DNA of 13,586 nt from the NCBI GenBank assembly GCA_039208735.1, contig JBCCQY010000203.1, forward strand, positions 1-13,586, in the 5' to 3' direction. The DNA comes from Myxococcota bacterium. GTDB lineage: Bacteria > Myxococcota_A > UBA796 > GCA-2862545. The position numbers and the translations under genes are program-made. Each line of letters starts with the position of its first letter. The first letter of the stretch is position 1. Of this stretch, positions 1-8,858 are shown one piece after another. Under the pieces are notes generated by a model that saw only the letters and a list, made by a program, of their open reading frames with translations, was not told where the DNA came from and did not search any database.

Positions 1-153
1 ACCCCCACCAATGTCGCCCAGGCCATCCGCATCGCAAGACCGGCCGGCGTCGATGTCAGCTCCGGCGTGGAGGACGCGCCGGGTCGCAAATCGTCCGAAC
101 GGATCCGGGCCTTCGTGGCCGCGGCCCGCTCCGCCCTGGAGGAATCGTGTTGA
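1..153 (+). CDS. trpF: Phosphoribosylanthranilate isomerase, 3' end (partial, starts before the window)
   Basis: Frame +1 reads TPTNVAQAIRIARPAGVDVSSGVEDAPGRKSSERIRAFVAAARSALEESC*, containing the TrpF C-terminal motif GVDVSSGVE..PG.K. Stop TGA 151-153 overlaps the trpB start. Absent from the ORF track because it has no start in the window. Confidence 0.93.
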   Translation, partial: TPTNVAQAIRIARPAGVDVSSGVEDAPGRKSSERIRAFVAAARSALEESC

Positions 154-1328
154 TCGCAGACCGTCCCGACGCCCGAGGCCGATTTGGCCCCTACGGAGGA
201 CAGTTCGTTCCGGAGACGCTCATCCAAGCGCTCCGAGATCTCGAGCGCGCCATGGAGGAAGCCCTCGCAGACCCCGAGTTTGTGGCTCACTACGAAGCGG
301 AACGGGCCACGTGGATCGGCCGGCCCACCGCACTGACCGACTGCACGAGGCTTTCGGAGGCGTGGGGCGCTCGCATCCTCGCCAAGCGTGAAGATCTCGC
401 CCACACCGGGGCGCACAAGATCAACAACGCGCTGGGGCAGGCCCTCATTGCGAAGCGACGCGGCATCGAACATGTGGTGGCCGAAACCGGAGCCGGCCAG
501 CACGGGGTCGCCACCGCAGCCGCGTGTGCCCGGGTGGGCTTGCGGTGCACGATCTACATGGGAGCGGTGGACGTAAGCCGCCAAGCGCCCAACGTGCGCC
601 GCATGCGACAGTTCGGGGCCGAGGTGGTGCCCGTCCACAACGGAGACGCCACGCTGCGAGCTGCGATCGACGAGGCGCTGCGCGCCTGGGTGACCGACCC
701 TGTCCACACGACCTACCTGCTCGGCAGCGCGGTCGGCCCCCACCCCTACCCTCTGCTAGTGCGCACCCTGCAGTCGGTGATCGGTGACGAAGCTCGGGCT
801 CAGTGCCTTGAACGCACGGGCGAGCTTCCCGACGCGGCCATCGCGTGTGTCGGAGGGGGCTCGAATGCGATTGGCCTGTTCCATCCCTTCCGCCACGATG
901 CCTCGGTGCGTCTGGTGGGCGTTGAAGCGGGGGGTTCCTCCAAGGAAGCCCATGCGGCTACGGTGGGCCGGGGCACCCCTGGGGTGCTGCACGGCTCCTA
1001 CAGCCTCCTCTTGCAAACCCCCCAAGGGCAGATCCGTGAGACCCACTCGGTGAGTGCCGGACTCGATTACCCAGGTGTAGGGCCCGAACACGCAGAACTC
1101 GCCCGCCTCGGCCGCGCCACCTACGTGTCCATCGGCGATGCGGAGGCGCTCGCGGCCCTTCGTGAAGTGGCGAAGGCCGAGGGCATTTTGGTCGCGATCG
1201 AGACCGCCCATGCGTTCGCCGAAGCCAAGCGCCAGGCCGCCGCTCATCCCGGCACCACCCTGTTGGTGTGCTGTTCGGGACGTGGAGACAAAGACCTCGA
1301 AATCCTCGCCGCACTGGAGAACGCATGA
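147..1328 (+). CDS. trpB: Tryptophan synthase beta chain
   Basis: Motifs GRFGPYGGQFVPE, KREDLAHTGAHKINN (PLP lysine), AETGAGQHG, GGGSNAIG, SAGLDYPGVGPEH, SGRGDKD. GGAGG at 138-142. Start is GTG 147 or TTG 150. Confidence 0.98.
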   Translation: MLIADRPDARGRFGPYGGQFVPETLIQALRDLERAMEEALADPEFVAHYEAERATWIGRPTALTDCTRLSEAWGARILAKREDLAHTGAHKINNALGQALIAKRRGIEHVVAETGAGQHGVATAAACARVGLRCTIYMGAVDVSRQAPNVRRMRQFGAEVVPVHNGDATLRAAIDEALRAWVTDPVHTTYLLGSAVGPHPYPLLVRTLQSVIGDEARAQCLERTGELPDAAIACVGGGSNAIGLFHPFRHDASVRLVGVEAGGSSKEAHAATVGRGTPGVLHGSYSLLLQTPQGQIRETHSVSAGLDYPGVGPEHAELARLGRATYVSIGDAEALAALREVAKAEGILVAIETAHAFAEAKRQAAAHPGTTLLVCCSGRGDKDLEILAALENA

Positions 1329-2056
1329 GGTTGGATTCGACACCGCTGACCGAAGCGCTTCGCGCCCCCCAACGTGAGATGGCGCTCGTGGCCTATGTGG
1401 TGGCAGGGTACCCGAGCCGGGCCGCCTTTCCCGACGTGCTTTCCGCCGTGGCCCAGGTCGCGGATGCCATCGAAGTCGGAGTGCCCTTTACCGATCCCAT
1501 GGCCGATGGGGTGAGCATCCAGCGGGCAAGCGAAGCTGCGCTCGCGGACGGCACGGATTTGCCCTACATCCTCGAAACAGTCGCGAACTGCTCGCGCCCC
1601 GTCGCGCTGATGGGCTACCTCAATCCGTTCCTCGCCGGGGGTCCGGACTTGGCCAGCGACCTTGCGAGCGCCAACGTCCGCGCGCTTATCGTGCCCGATC
1701 TGCCGCTCGAGGAACGCGACGTGCTCGATGGCGTTCCATTGGTCCAGCTCGTGACCCCCCTGACCCCCGAAGGCCGTATTGGCGCCTTGTGCGACGCCAC
1801 GGCGGGGTTCATCTACGCGGTGACGGGGCTATCGACGACGGGCACCAAAAGTGACCTCCACCAGACGCCCGACACCTTGGCGCGGATCCGCCCCCACGCG
1901 CAGCATCCCGTGCTTGCTGGGTTCGGCATTCGATCCGCCACCCAGGTCCGAGCCCTCCGGGGTCTGTGCGATGGGGTCATCGTGGGGTCGGCGCTGGTCG
2001 ATGCCATCGGCCGAGACGAGGACCCCGTGGACACCCTCAACGCCCTGCACGCGTAG
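1325..2056 (+). CDS. trpA: Tryptophan synthase alpha chain
   Basis: IEVGVPFTDPMADG (catalytic Glu/Asp), LIVPDLPLEE, AGFGIRS, DGVIVGSALV. ATG 1325 overlaps the trpB stop (ATGA), so the ORF-track start at 1268 is too far upstream. Confidence 0.97.
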   Translation: MRLDSTPLTEALRAPQREMALVAYVVAGYPSRAAFPDVLSAVAQVADAIEVGVPFTDPMADGVSIQRASEAALADGTDLPYILETVANCSRPVALMGYLNPFLAGGPDLASDLASANVRALIVPDLPLEERDVLDGVPLVQLVTPLTPEGRIGALCDATAGFIYAVTGLSTTGTKSDLHQTPDTLARIRPHAQHPVLAGFGIRSATQVRALRGLCDGVIVGSALVDAIGRDEDPVDTLNALHA

Positions 2057-2060
2057 TCCA

Positions 2061-3170
2061 CTACGGTACATTCGGTACGAAACGACCCGCTGCGTCGACC
2101 GTCCACCCTCCCTTGCCATCCTGGGCCCCGCTAAAGTTCCGGTTCCCGGCGGGGTCGCTCAGGTATTCGGCGGGGAGGTTATCGAGGGAGAACATGCTTC
2201 CTCGCCGATCTGCGGTCGCCTTTTGCAGGGCGATCTGCATCGCTGAACTCGACGTGGCCCGAACGCGATCGGACAACTCCGCCGTCGCGGGGCCCACCGC
2301 GCTCGACCAATACGCGGACCGTTCGTGGTCCAACAGCGTGTACGTCGCCGTCGTCACGTGCGGCTTGCCAAACTCTGTGCCGTACTCGTGGCGCTCCGCT
2401 TTGACGACAAAGCGCTGGTCTTTGTCGAGCCAATACGACTCCGGACTCGGAAACGCGAAGGTGGGCGCTTGCGGGGTCACGTCGACCCGGACGGTCTCGA
2501 AGGTTCCCGCCGGGGTGGTGAGCCGTTCGGTGCCCGCCGGAGCCAAGGTGACATCAAGCAGGTCGGCGTGTGGCGGCAGGTAGGCGGTCTGCGGCCCCAC
2601 AAGGCGCAGTTCGAGAGGGGCGGTGGTTGCGGCTCGCACGAGCAACGGCAGTTGTTCATAGAGGTGGTAGCCCGTGGCGATGGGCACCGTGTCGGTCACG
2701 ACCGAGGTGTCGTCCGTGTAGGGGCGTCCGATCCGTTGCGCACCTTGGGGGGTGTCCCGCCATTCGAGAAAGTTGTTGCCGCACCATTCTTCGGCCGTAA
2801 TGGCGAGTTTGAGCGGCTTTAGGTCTTCGGCGGAATACAAGGCGAAGTTGTCGCGATGGTCCCAATTCATGCTGGGCAGCGTCTTCATCAACATGAGCTT
2901 GATGGCCGGTGCTCCACCACCTTGGTTGGTCTTGAGCAACGAGACCTCGTCCAGCGATTCTCGAACCACCAACAGTGTGGCCCGCCCTTCGACATCAACG
3001 CCGTAGTGGCTTCGGGCGAACCGGTAGCGGGCAACCTCGGCGAGACCGTCGCGAGGGAGGGCCTCAAAGGGTTGGTCCGCGAGGGGCGAGGGTGGCCCTT
3101 CGGGGACGGTCTCCGCTGCGATAGGTTGGGACGAAGTTGGACAACCCAGCAACACGGCAAGCACGAACAT
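2061..3170 (-). CDS. Hypothetical lipoprotein (conserved 'EWCG' beta-rich domain plus a C-terminal extension)
   Basis: Long ORF. Likely start ATG 3170 (or GTG 3173) after AGGA, giving MFVLAVLLG-C (lipobox-like). Contains AEVARY..YG..EG.A.L...E and K..ITAEEWCG, plus a TPAGTFET strand of the kind seen in DUF3108-like proteins. Confidence 0.75.
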   Translation of the reverse strand: MFVLAVLLGCPTSSQPIAAETVPEGPPSPLADQPFEALPRDGLAEVARYRFARSHYGVDVEGRATLLVVRESLDEVSLLKTNQGGGAPAIKLMLMKTLPSMNWDHRDNFALYSAEDLKPLKLAITAEEWCGNNFLEWRDTPQGAQRIGRPYTDDTSVVTDTVPIATGYHLYEQLPLLVRAATTAPLELRLVGPQTAYLPPHADLLDVTLAPAGTERLTTPAGTFETVRVDVTPQAPTFAFPSPESYWLDKDQRFVVKAERHEYGTEFGKPHVTTATYTLLDHERSAYWSSAVGPATAELSDRVRATSSSAMQIALQKATADRRGSMFSLDNLPAEYLSDPAGNRNFSGAQDGKGGWTVDAAGRFVPNVP

Positions 3171-3258
3171 CACGCATCCTCGGGTGAAAGGCGAACGGTC
3201 CTCCAGCAGTCCATCCCACTGCCCCTTCGCAACACCTACGCCGTACGGCCGTGCGCCC

Positions 3259-4005
3259 TCACTCCCGCTCGGCGCGGATCTGCTCGTACGCATCCTTGAT
3301 GGCCAGAGTCTGGGTTTCAGCGAACTTCTGAAGGGCTGTCGATAAATGAGCCACCTTGTCGGGATGATTCATCTTCAGTCCCTCGCGGTAGGCCTTCTTG
3401 ACCTCATCGTCCGTTGCGGAGCGGGCAATCCCCAACACCTGGTAGGGGTCGTTCGGCGGCGGGGGCGGAGGACGAGAAGGGGGCGCGGTGCGTTCGCGCT
3501 CCTCTCGCACGTACCGATGGTCTTGCGATGTCGCCTCGGCCCCTTCTTTGCGACGTACGATGTCGTCGAAGTAGACCGTGATGGCACGGGCAACCTCGAG
3601 CGTGGCGTCATCGACCCGCCGACCTGCAAAGGCAAGTTGCGTCACGCGTTCGCGCTGCGCAGCGAGTTCTCTGGGGTCGCCATAGGTCACGCCCGCGCGA
3701 ACTTGGCCACGATGGTGACCGACCACCACACCATGCTCGAACAGGTAGTAGCCATCCTGCACGCCACCTCGCACCCGGCCTACCGCGCTAACGAACGCCT
3801 GGTCGAGCCACGCCGAATCGGCAAGTTCCTGACGATGAACCGTGCCAAAGCCAAACCGCCTCGGATAGGCAGCGACGAAGTATTCAACCACGCCATCGTG
3901 GAAGGAAAACCTTCGGGGTCGGTCGATCCGCACGAGCGTATAGGGCTGCGAATGGACGACCCGATCGAAGTTCGCTGGAGTAAGCCGATTGACCATCACG
4001 GGCAT
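3259..4005 (-). CDS. J-domain (DnaJ/DjlA-like) co-chaperone with an N-terminal thioredoxin-like domain
   Basis: C-terminus DPYQVLGIARSATDDEVKKAYREGLKMNHPDKVAHL...IKDAYEQI, with HPD at 3358-3366. Pro-rich linker PPSRPPPPPP. Start is ATG 4005 or ATG 3996. Confidence 0.88.
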   Translation of the reverse strand: MPVMVNRLTPANFDRVVHSQPYTLVRIDRPRRFSFHDGVVEYFVAAYPRRFGFGTVHRQELADSAWLDQAFVSAVGRVRGGVQDGYYLFEHGVVVGHHRGQVRAGVTYGDPRELAAQRERVTQLAFAGRRVDDATLEVARAITVYFDDIVRRKEGAEATSQDHRYVREERERTAPPSRPPPPPPNDPYQVLGIARSATDDEVKKAYREGLKMNHPDKVAHLSTALQKFAETQTLAIKDAYEQIRAERE

Positions 4006-4036
4006 GGCCCAGGCTTAACCCGCAACACGCCCTCAT

Positions 4037-5716
4037 CTACGGCGTCGCCAGGTCGATGGCTCCCGCGGCTTTCCGGGGCTGGTCGGTCAGATCGATGAGG
4101 CCGTTCTTGCACCAGTAGCCACGGTCGTAGTCATACAGGCCATCGAGCAAGATGTGGGAACCCGGGTTGGCCTTGGCCGCTCGACTGGCTGCCGCGGCCA
4201 CCGCCGCGGTTGCTTCGTCGTCGGTATGACGGGTCGCTTCTGCCGCTTCAGGAAGTTCAACATGGCAAGTCGCGCCAACCCCCGCCTTCGCCGCGGCGCG
4301 GATGCAGGTGGCGATGCGGCCCTCGACGTTGCCGGTGGAGGGAATTCGAAACGCCACCCGGGTGACCGCGGGGTCCTCCGCAAACGCACGCCACATCGGA
4401 TCTTCAAGCTCAAACCCTTGCTTCGGAAAATGCGAAAAGTATCCACCGTCCGCCGGTGGTTTACCGATACGCGACAGGGTGATGTGCTCGACCGCCCAAG
4501 GTCGGTCCGACGGCGTCAACTCGCGAAGGCGAGCCAGCGTGGCGTCACGGAGCACGACCTCCCACTCAGCCGAGGCAAAGGCCTGTCGGCGGAGTGCGCG
4601 GTCGGCCACCGACGGTGCGCGCCCCGAAAACACCGTGACCTCGACCCCATGCCGTTCGAGCCACGCCACCCGGTCGAGCACGTCGCGGTCCTCGCCGTCG
4701 GCCAGGGGAATGCGAATCCTTCCGAGCCCAAGCGCTTGGATGTGCAGCAACATTGCGTCGTCTCGAGCCACCTTTCGCGTGAGCGCATCCAGGCTTCCCA
4801 TGGGTAGTTCAGCTCGTCGTCCAAGACGGTGTTGAAGCCATACGCCGAGCGGCTTGGGCGCCTGGGGAGAGGAAGAGGCCCCGACCGTTCGGGGCCGAAT
4901 GACCTGCAGGCGGTGGCCTTCCTCATCGATCTCGAGCCAAGAAAAGCCGGTGTGCTCGGTGTCGTCGCGCCCGTTCTCCGCGTCAACGGCCGGATGGGGC
5001 CGCAGCCAGGCGTAGGCCGGTCGTACAAACGCCGTTGACGGCACGGTGTAGATGTCGACCCCCCGATAGCGGTTGTAGAAAAACCGGTGCACGTGGCCTG
5101 TAAGTACGGCTTCGACCCCGTGTTCGGCGCAGAGATCGAGCAGCCAGCGGCGAGAGCTGGGATCGAGGTTGTCGTAGTGCTCGGGCTCGTCGGGATCCGT
5201 CAAGAAGGGCGGGTAATGCGTAAATACGAACGTGCGTCGGCCTTCTCGCAGCACATCCAGGAGCCAGGTGCGCTGCGCCAAGGCTTCTTCGGTGTTGGCG
5301 GCAAGCAGCCCTCCATCGAGCACCACAAACCGGACGCCATCGCGGTCAAACGCATGAAACGGTGGCCCCCACGTCTCTGCAAACGCCTTCCGACCGGCGT
5401 CCACTTGCTCGGGGGCGTACACTGAGCTGCGCTTGTCTCCCACGTCGTGGTTGCCGGGCACGACCACCAGGTCCGCTCCAAACCCTTCAAACATCGCCTT
5501 TGCTTCGGCAAGGGCGGGCGCATGGGTCGGCAGCGTAGGGATCGGATGCACGACGTCACCAAGATGCATGACCAAATCCGGCTTTCGGAGCGCCACCTGC
5601 TCAACGATCACCTTGTTCCGCGCATTGTGCGAAGCATCGGAGGGGAACGCGAGCTGACCGTCATCATCCGGCGGTCGGACGTGAGTATCGGTGACGATCG
5701 CAATCTTGAGCGACAT
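4037..5716 (-). CDS. Calcineurin-like metallophosphoesterase with a large C-terminal domain
   Basis: Motifs TDTH (DTH 5681-5689), GDVVH (5546-5560), PGNHD, THYP, GHVH. Start ATG 5716 with GAGGT upstream. The ORF-track extension to 6085 lies antisense to the AI-2E gene. Confidence 0.9.
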   Translation of the reverse strand: MSLKIAIVTDTHVRPPDDDGQLAFPSDASHNARNKVIVEQVALRKPDLVMHLGDVVHPIPTLPTHAPALAEAKAMFEGFGADLVVVPGNHDVGDKRSSVYAPEQVDAGRKAFAETWGPPFHAFDRDGVRFVVLDGGLLAANTEEALAQRTWLLDVLREGRRTFVFTHYPPFLTDPDEPEHYDNLDPSSRRWLLDLCAEHGVEAVLTGHVHRFFYNRYRGVDIYTVPSTAFVRPAYAWLRPHPAVDAENGRDDTEHTGFSWLEIDEEGHRLQVIRPRTVGASSSPQAPKPLGVWLQHRLGRRAELPMGSLDALTRKVARDDAMLLHIQALGLGRIRIPLADGEDRDVLDRVAWLERHGVEVTVFSGRAPSVADRALRRQAFASAEWEVVLRDATLARLRELTPSDRPWAVEHITLSRIGKPPADGGYFSHFPKQGFELEDPMWRAFAEDPAVTRVAFRIPSTGNVEGRIATCIRAAAKAGVGATCHVELPEAAEATRHTDDEATAAVAAAASRAAKANPGSHILLDGLYDYDRGYWCKNGLIDLTDQPRKAAGAIDLATP

Positions 5717-5801
5717 CTCGGTACCTCTCATGGTTACGGTCGAACAGAACGTACGCGGACTGGAGGTCCCATTGCGCCACGAGCGCGTGAGCCATCCTCC
5801 G

Positions 5802-6896
5802 ATGACTGAGATCACGCTCAAGCGCAGCGATGCGTACCGCTTCCTGCTAGCCGCCGCCTGTGTGGTCGTCATTTTGGCGGGTCTTTCCGCCGCCAAGGAA
5901 ATCCTCCTTCCGGTGATGCTCGGCGGGTTTCTGGCCGTGGTCACGGTACCGATCGTGCGCCTGCTGGAGCGTCGCGGGGCCCCAAGCTGGATTGCGATTC
6001 CCGCCGTGGTCATCGTGGCCGCGGGAGGGCTCGTCGCCATCGTGGGCATCATTGGCACGACGGTGCGAGACTTCGCCGCCAACATCGGTGCCTACGAGGC
6101 CGCGTTCGCGCAACTGCAAACCGACATGCTGAGCACGCTGCACACCATCGGCTTTCTCGATGAAGGCCAGGACAGCCTCGCGGACCCCCGCATCCTCGAG
6201 CTAGTGTCGCCCTCGCAAACGATGCGGTTCCTCACCGATGCCGTCGGGCAGCTCGTGCTGACCTTCGGTCGGGTCATCATCGTGGTCGTGACGATGACCT
6301 TCACCTTGCTCGAGGCGAGCGACCTCGAACGCAAGCTCTCGGTGGCCTTCGGAAGCGACGCCGTCACCAATCCCTTTCAGGGCGCCGGCGAAAAAGTGAC
6401 GCGGTACGTCATCATCAAGACCTTCATCAGTGCGGTAACCGGCCTGCTCGTCGGCATGATGTGCCGACTCGTCGGGGTCGAGTTCGCGGTGATGTGGGGC
6501 CTGCTTGCGTTCCTGCTGAACTACATCCCCACCATTGGCTCGTTTGTCGCGGCCATCCCCGCCATGCTGCTGTCGTTGGTCACGCTCGGCTGGGAAGCCA
6601 CATTGGGCCTAGGCATTGGCTACCTCATCATCAATACATCACTCGGCAACTTCATCGAGCCCCGCCTCATGGGACAAAGCCTTGGTCTGTCCCCGCTGGT
6701 GGTGTTCTTCTCGCTTGTGTTCTGGGGCTGGTTGTGGGGCCCCGTCGGCATGCTGCTCTGCGTGCCCTTGACGGTCATCGCCAAGCTCGTGTTGGAGAGC
6801 AACGACGACACGCGCTGGGTGGCGGTGCTCTTGGGATCACCACGGGATGCCAAGCCCTCTCCGGGTCCCTCGCCGTTCGTTGTGCCTCGGAGTTGA
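5802..6896 (+). CDS. AI-2E family transporter (TqsA/PerM-like)
   Basis: Multiple hydrophobic helices and family motifs WGLLAFLLNYIPTIGS, GNFIEPRLMGQSLGLSPLVVFFSLVFWGWLWGPVGMLLCVPLT. Start is uncertain (ATG 5802 or GTG 5787). Confidence 0.93.
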   Translation: MTEITLKRSDAYRFLLAAACVVVILAGLSAAKEILLPVMLGGFLAVVTVPIVRLLERRGAPSWIAIPAVVIVAAGGLVAIVGIIGTTVRDFAANIGAYEAAFAQLQTDMLSTLHTIGFLDEGQDSLADPRILELVSPSQTMRFLTDAVGQLVLTFGRVIIVVVTMTFTLLEASDLERKLSVAFGSDAVTNPFQGAGEKVTRYVIIKTFISAVTGLLVGMMCRLVGVEFAVMWGLLAFLLNYIPTIGSFVAAIPAMLLSLVTLGWEATLGLGIGYLIINTSLGNFIEPRLMGQSLGLSPLVVFFSLVFWGWLWGPVGMLLCVPLTVIAKLVLESNDDTRWVAVLLGSPRDAKPSPGPSPFVVPRS

Positions 6897-6939
6897 CGAC
6901 GATAGCCCCTCCGTCACTCCCACTGGTACGGAGGCAACC

Positions 6940-8856
6940 GTGTTGTTCTTGACTCTGTCCGCGCTGACCGCGGCCGCGACTCAGCTGACCGAAGATGTGT
7001 CGCGAGGGTGGTACCTCTGGGAGACCGGACGGGACGCGGAAGCGGCCACGCTGTCGAAGAAGCTGATTCGAAAGCACCCGGATGCCTTGCCTGCAGTGGG
7101 CCTGTACGCGGCCATGCAAGTGGAAGCATCTCGGGGAGCTAGCATCGAGGCCACCTACCGAGAGGTCTTCAGCCAGGACCCCGCAGACCCCCAAGGCCGG
7201 GTTGCTCTGGCCTATGCCATCACGTTCCGGCACGATGCGGCCGCGACCTACAAGCGCGCCAATGGGGTGCCGTGGTGTGATGAGGTCGAAGACCTGTTGA
7301 AGACCGTAGTCGACGGAGAAGAGCACGCATGGGCGGTCATCGCGGAGCGCGAAGCAGAGGTTCGGTGCCGCGGAACGACCAGCCATGCCGACGCGGAACT
7401 CGTTCGCCTGTCGCGCAATGTGAACAGTCCGGTGTGGGCGGACGGCATCCTTGCGCGCGCCGATGCGGGCTACATCCGACCTGAACTCGCCGAACTCATC
7501 GAGGTGATGTGGGGGCTGTACCCCGACCGTCTGGACCGGGCGCCCGAGCTGTTCAAGCAGAGCGCCAGCGGTCCGGCCCGAGGTCGCGCACGTCGGGTCA
7601 CCAAGAAGGCACTGGCCTTTGCCGCCGAAAGCAGTGAGCCTACCTGGGTTTGGGCCACCATCAAGGCCTACCGTGAACTCGGATGGGAAGCCGAAGCGAA
7701 CGAGGCCCAGGCGCACTTGCTTCGCCTCGACCCCGAAGCCAAACTCGACCTCAATCGGGACCGCCACACCATCCACGACCCCGAAGCGTACGGCGAGATC
7801 GATGCCTGCTTTGCCCAGCCCAGCGAAACGGACATTCGCACCTGTTCGGAAGCGCTGCCCGAGACCGATGTTCCTGCCGTTGCGGCGTACCTCCACTACC
7901 GGCGATTCCTCGCCCTGCGCGCCTTTGGGGACGAAGGAGCCGCCCTCAAACAGGCCATGGCCGCCCATCGCGCCGAGCCCAACCTCGTGTCCTACGCTCG
8001 CGCCGTCGTGGTCGGAGCGCTCGCCCTGAAGGCCTTCGATGAGACCACCGAGACCGTAGGTCGGTCGGCCGTCGACTCCCTTCTCGCTACCCCGCCTGAC
8101 ACCGAGGAAATGACGTCGACGCGCGCCCGCCGTTGGTCCCGCGACCTCGAACTCGGGGCCCGTTTGATGGAACGGCTAGGCAACGTCTCACGGGCGGCCG
8201 ACCTCTATCGACGATCGTTCACCCTCGATCCGACCGCACCTCGGCGGCTGCGGTTGGGCATTGCCCTCGCCGACGCCAAGCAGCCCGCCGCCGCGGTCCT
8301 CCACCTGACGAGGGGCATCGTTGAAGCAATGGATGAGCCCGAACTCATCCGACGGGCCCGGCAGCGGCTCGACAGCCTCGCTCCCCTCTGGGGACGGACC
8401 AACGCAAACGCCATCCTTCGGGAAGCGATCGGAGGCAAGGGCAACGCCAATCCGCTGTTGGGTGAAGTGCTCGACGCCGATACCTGGGGCTGGCCCGAGC
8501 TGACCTCGAAGCCGGCGGTCCGACTGGTCGTGGTGTGGGGCGAACTGTTCGAGCCTCGTGGGCACCGCCATGAAATCCTGCGGAACGTCAACGCCTACGC
8601 CGCCCAGAACAAGGACGTGAGCGCGGTCGCGCTCGATGTGGGCATCCGCAAAGCCACATGGCCAGGTGGCGTTCGCATGCCGCACTTCTCAGGTGGCCCC
8701 TTACCGGCCCAGTCGCTGCAGCTCGTGACCCTGCCGACGGTGCTGGTGCTCGATGGCGACGAACGCTTGAAGGCGGTGTTGTCGCCGTTCGGCCACGACG
8801 ATGACGCAACGGTCGAACTCGTCGACGCGGTCGATGCGGTGCGCGAAGCTCCGTAG
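6940..8856 (+). CDS. Secreted TPR-like alpha-helical protein with a C-terminal TlpA/thioredoxin-like domain lacking CxxC
   Basis: GGAGG 6930-6934 precedes GTG 6940 and a short signal-like MLFLTLSALTAAA. TPR-like segments include GWYLWETGRDAEAATLSKKLIRKHPD and LGARLMERLGNVSRAADLYRRSFTLDP. C-terminus has LVVVWGELFEPR...LVTLPTVLVLDGD. Confidence 0.75.
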   Translation: MLFLTLSALTAAATQLTEDVSRGWYLWETGRDAEAATLSKKLIRKHPDALPAVGLYAAMQVEASRGASIEATYREVFSQDPADPQGRVALAYAITFRHDAAATYKRANGVPWCDEVEDLLKTVVDGEEHAWAVIAEREAEVRCRGTTSHADAELVRLSRNVNSPVWADGILARADAGYIRPELAELIEVMWGLYPDRLDRAPELFKQSASGPARGRARRVTKKALAFAAESSEPTWVWATIKAYRELGWEAEANEAQAHLLRLDPEAKLDLNRDRHTIHDPEAYGEIDACFAQPSETDIRTCSEALPETDVPAVAAYLHYRRFLALRAFGDEGAALKQAMAAHRAEPNLVSYARAVVVGALALKAFDETTETVGRSAVDSLLATPPDTEEMTSTRARRWSRDLELGARLMERLGNVSRAADLYRRSFTLDPTAPRRLRLGIALADAKQPAAAVLHLTRGIVEAMDEPELIRRARQRLDSLAPLWGRTNANAILREAIGGKGNANPLLGEVLDADTWGWPELTSKPAVRLVVVWGELFEPRGHRHEILRNVNAYAAQNKDVSAVALDVGIRKATWPGGVRMPHFSGGPLPAQSLQLVTLPTVLVLDGDERLKAVLSPFGHDDDATVELVDAVDAVREAP

Positions 8857-8858
8857 GT

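Noticed and set aside
3240..3252. Overlapping short palindromes GCCGTACGGC / ACGGCCGT after the J-domain gene
   Set aside because: No loop or U-tract, and expected by chance at this GC content. Not called as a terminator or operator.
3346..4098. 250-aa plus-strand ORF
   Set aside because: Antisense to the J-domain gene.
5691..6085. Apparent head-to-head overlap of the metallophosphoesterase and AI-2E ORFs
   Set aside because: Artefact of longest-ORF start choice. Motif-supported starts (5716 and ~5802) leave an ~85-bp divergent intergenic region.
6775..7968. 397-aa minus-strand ORF
   Set aside because: Antisense to the SD- and signal-supported TPR-like gene and the end of the AI-2E gene. 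No motifs.
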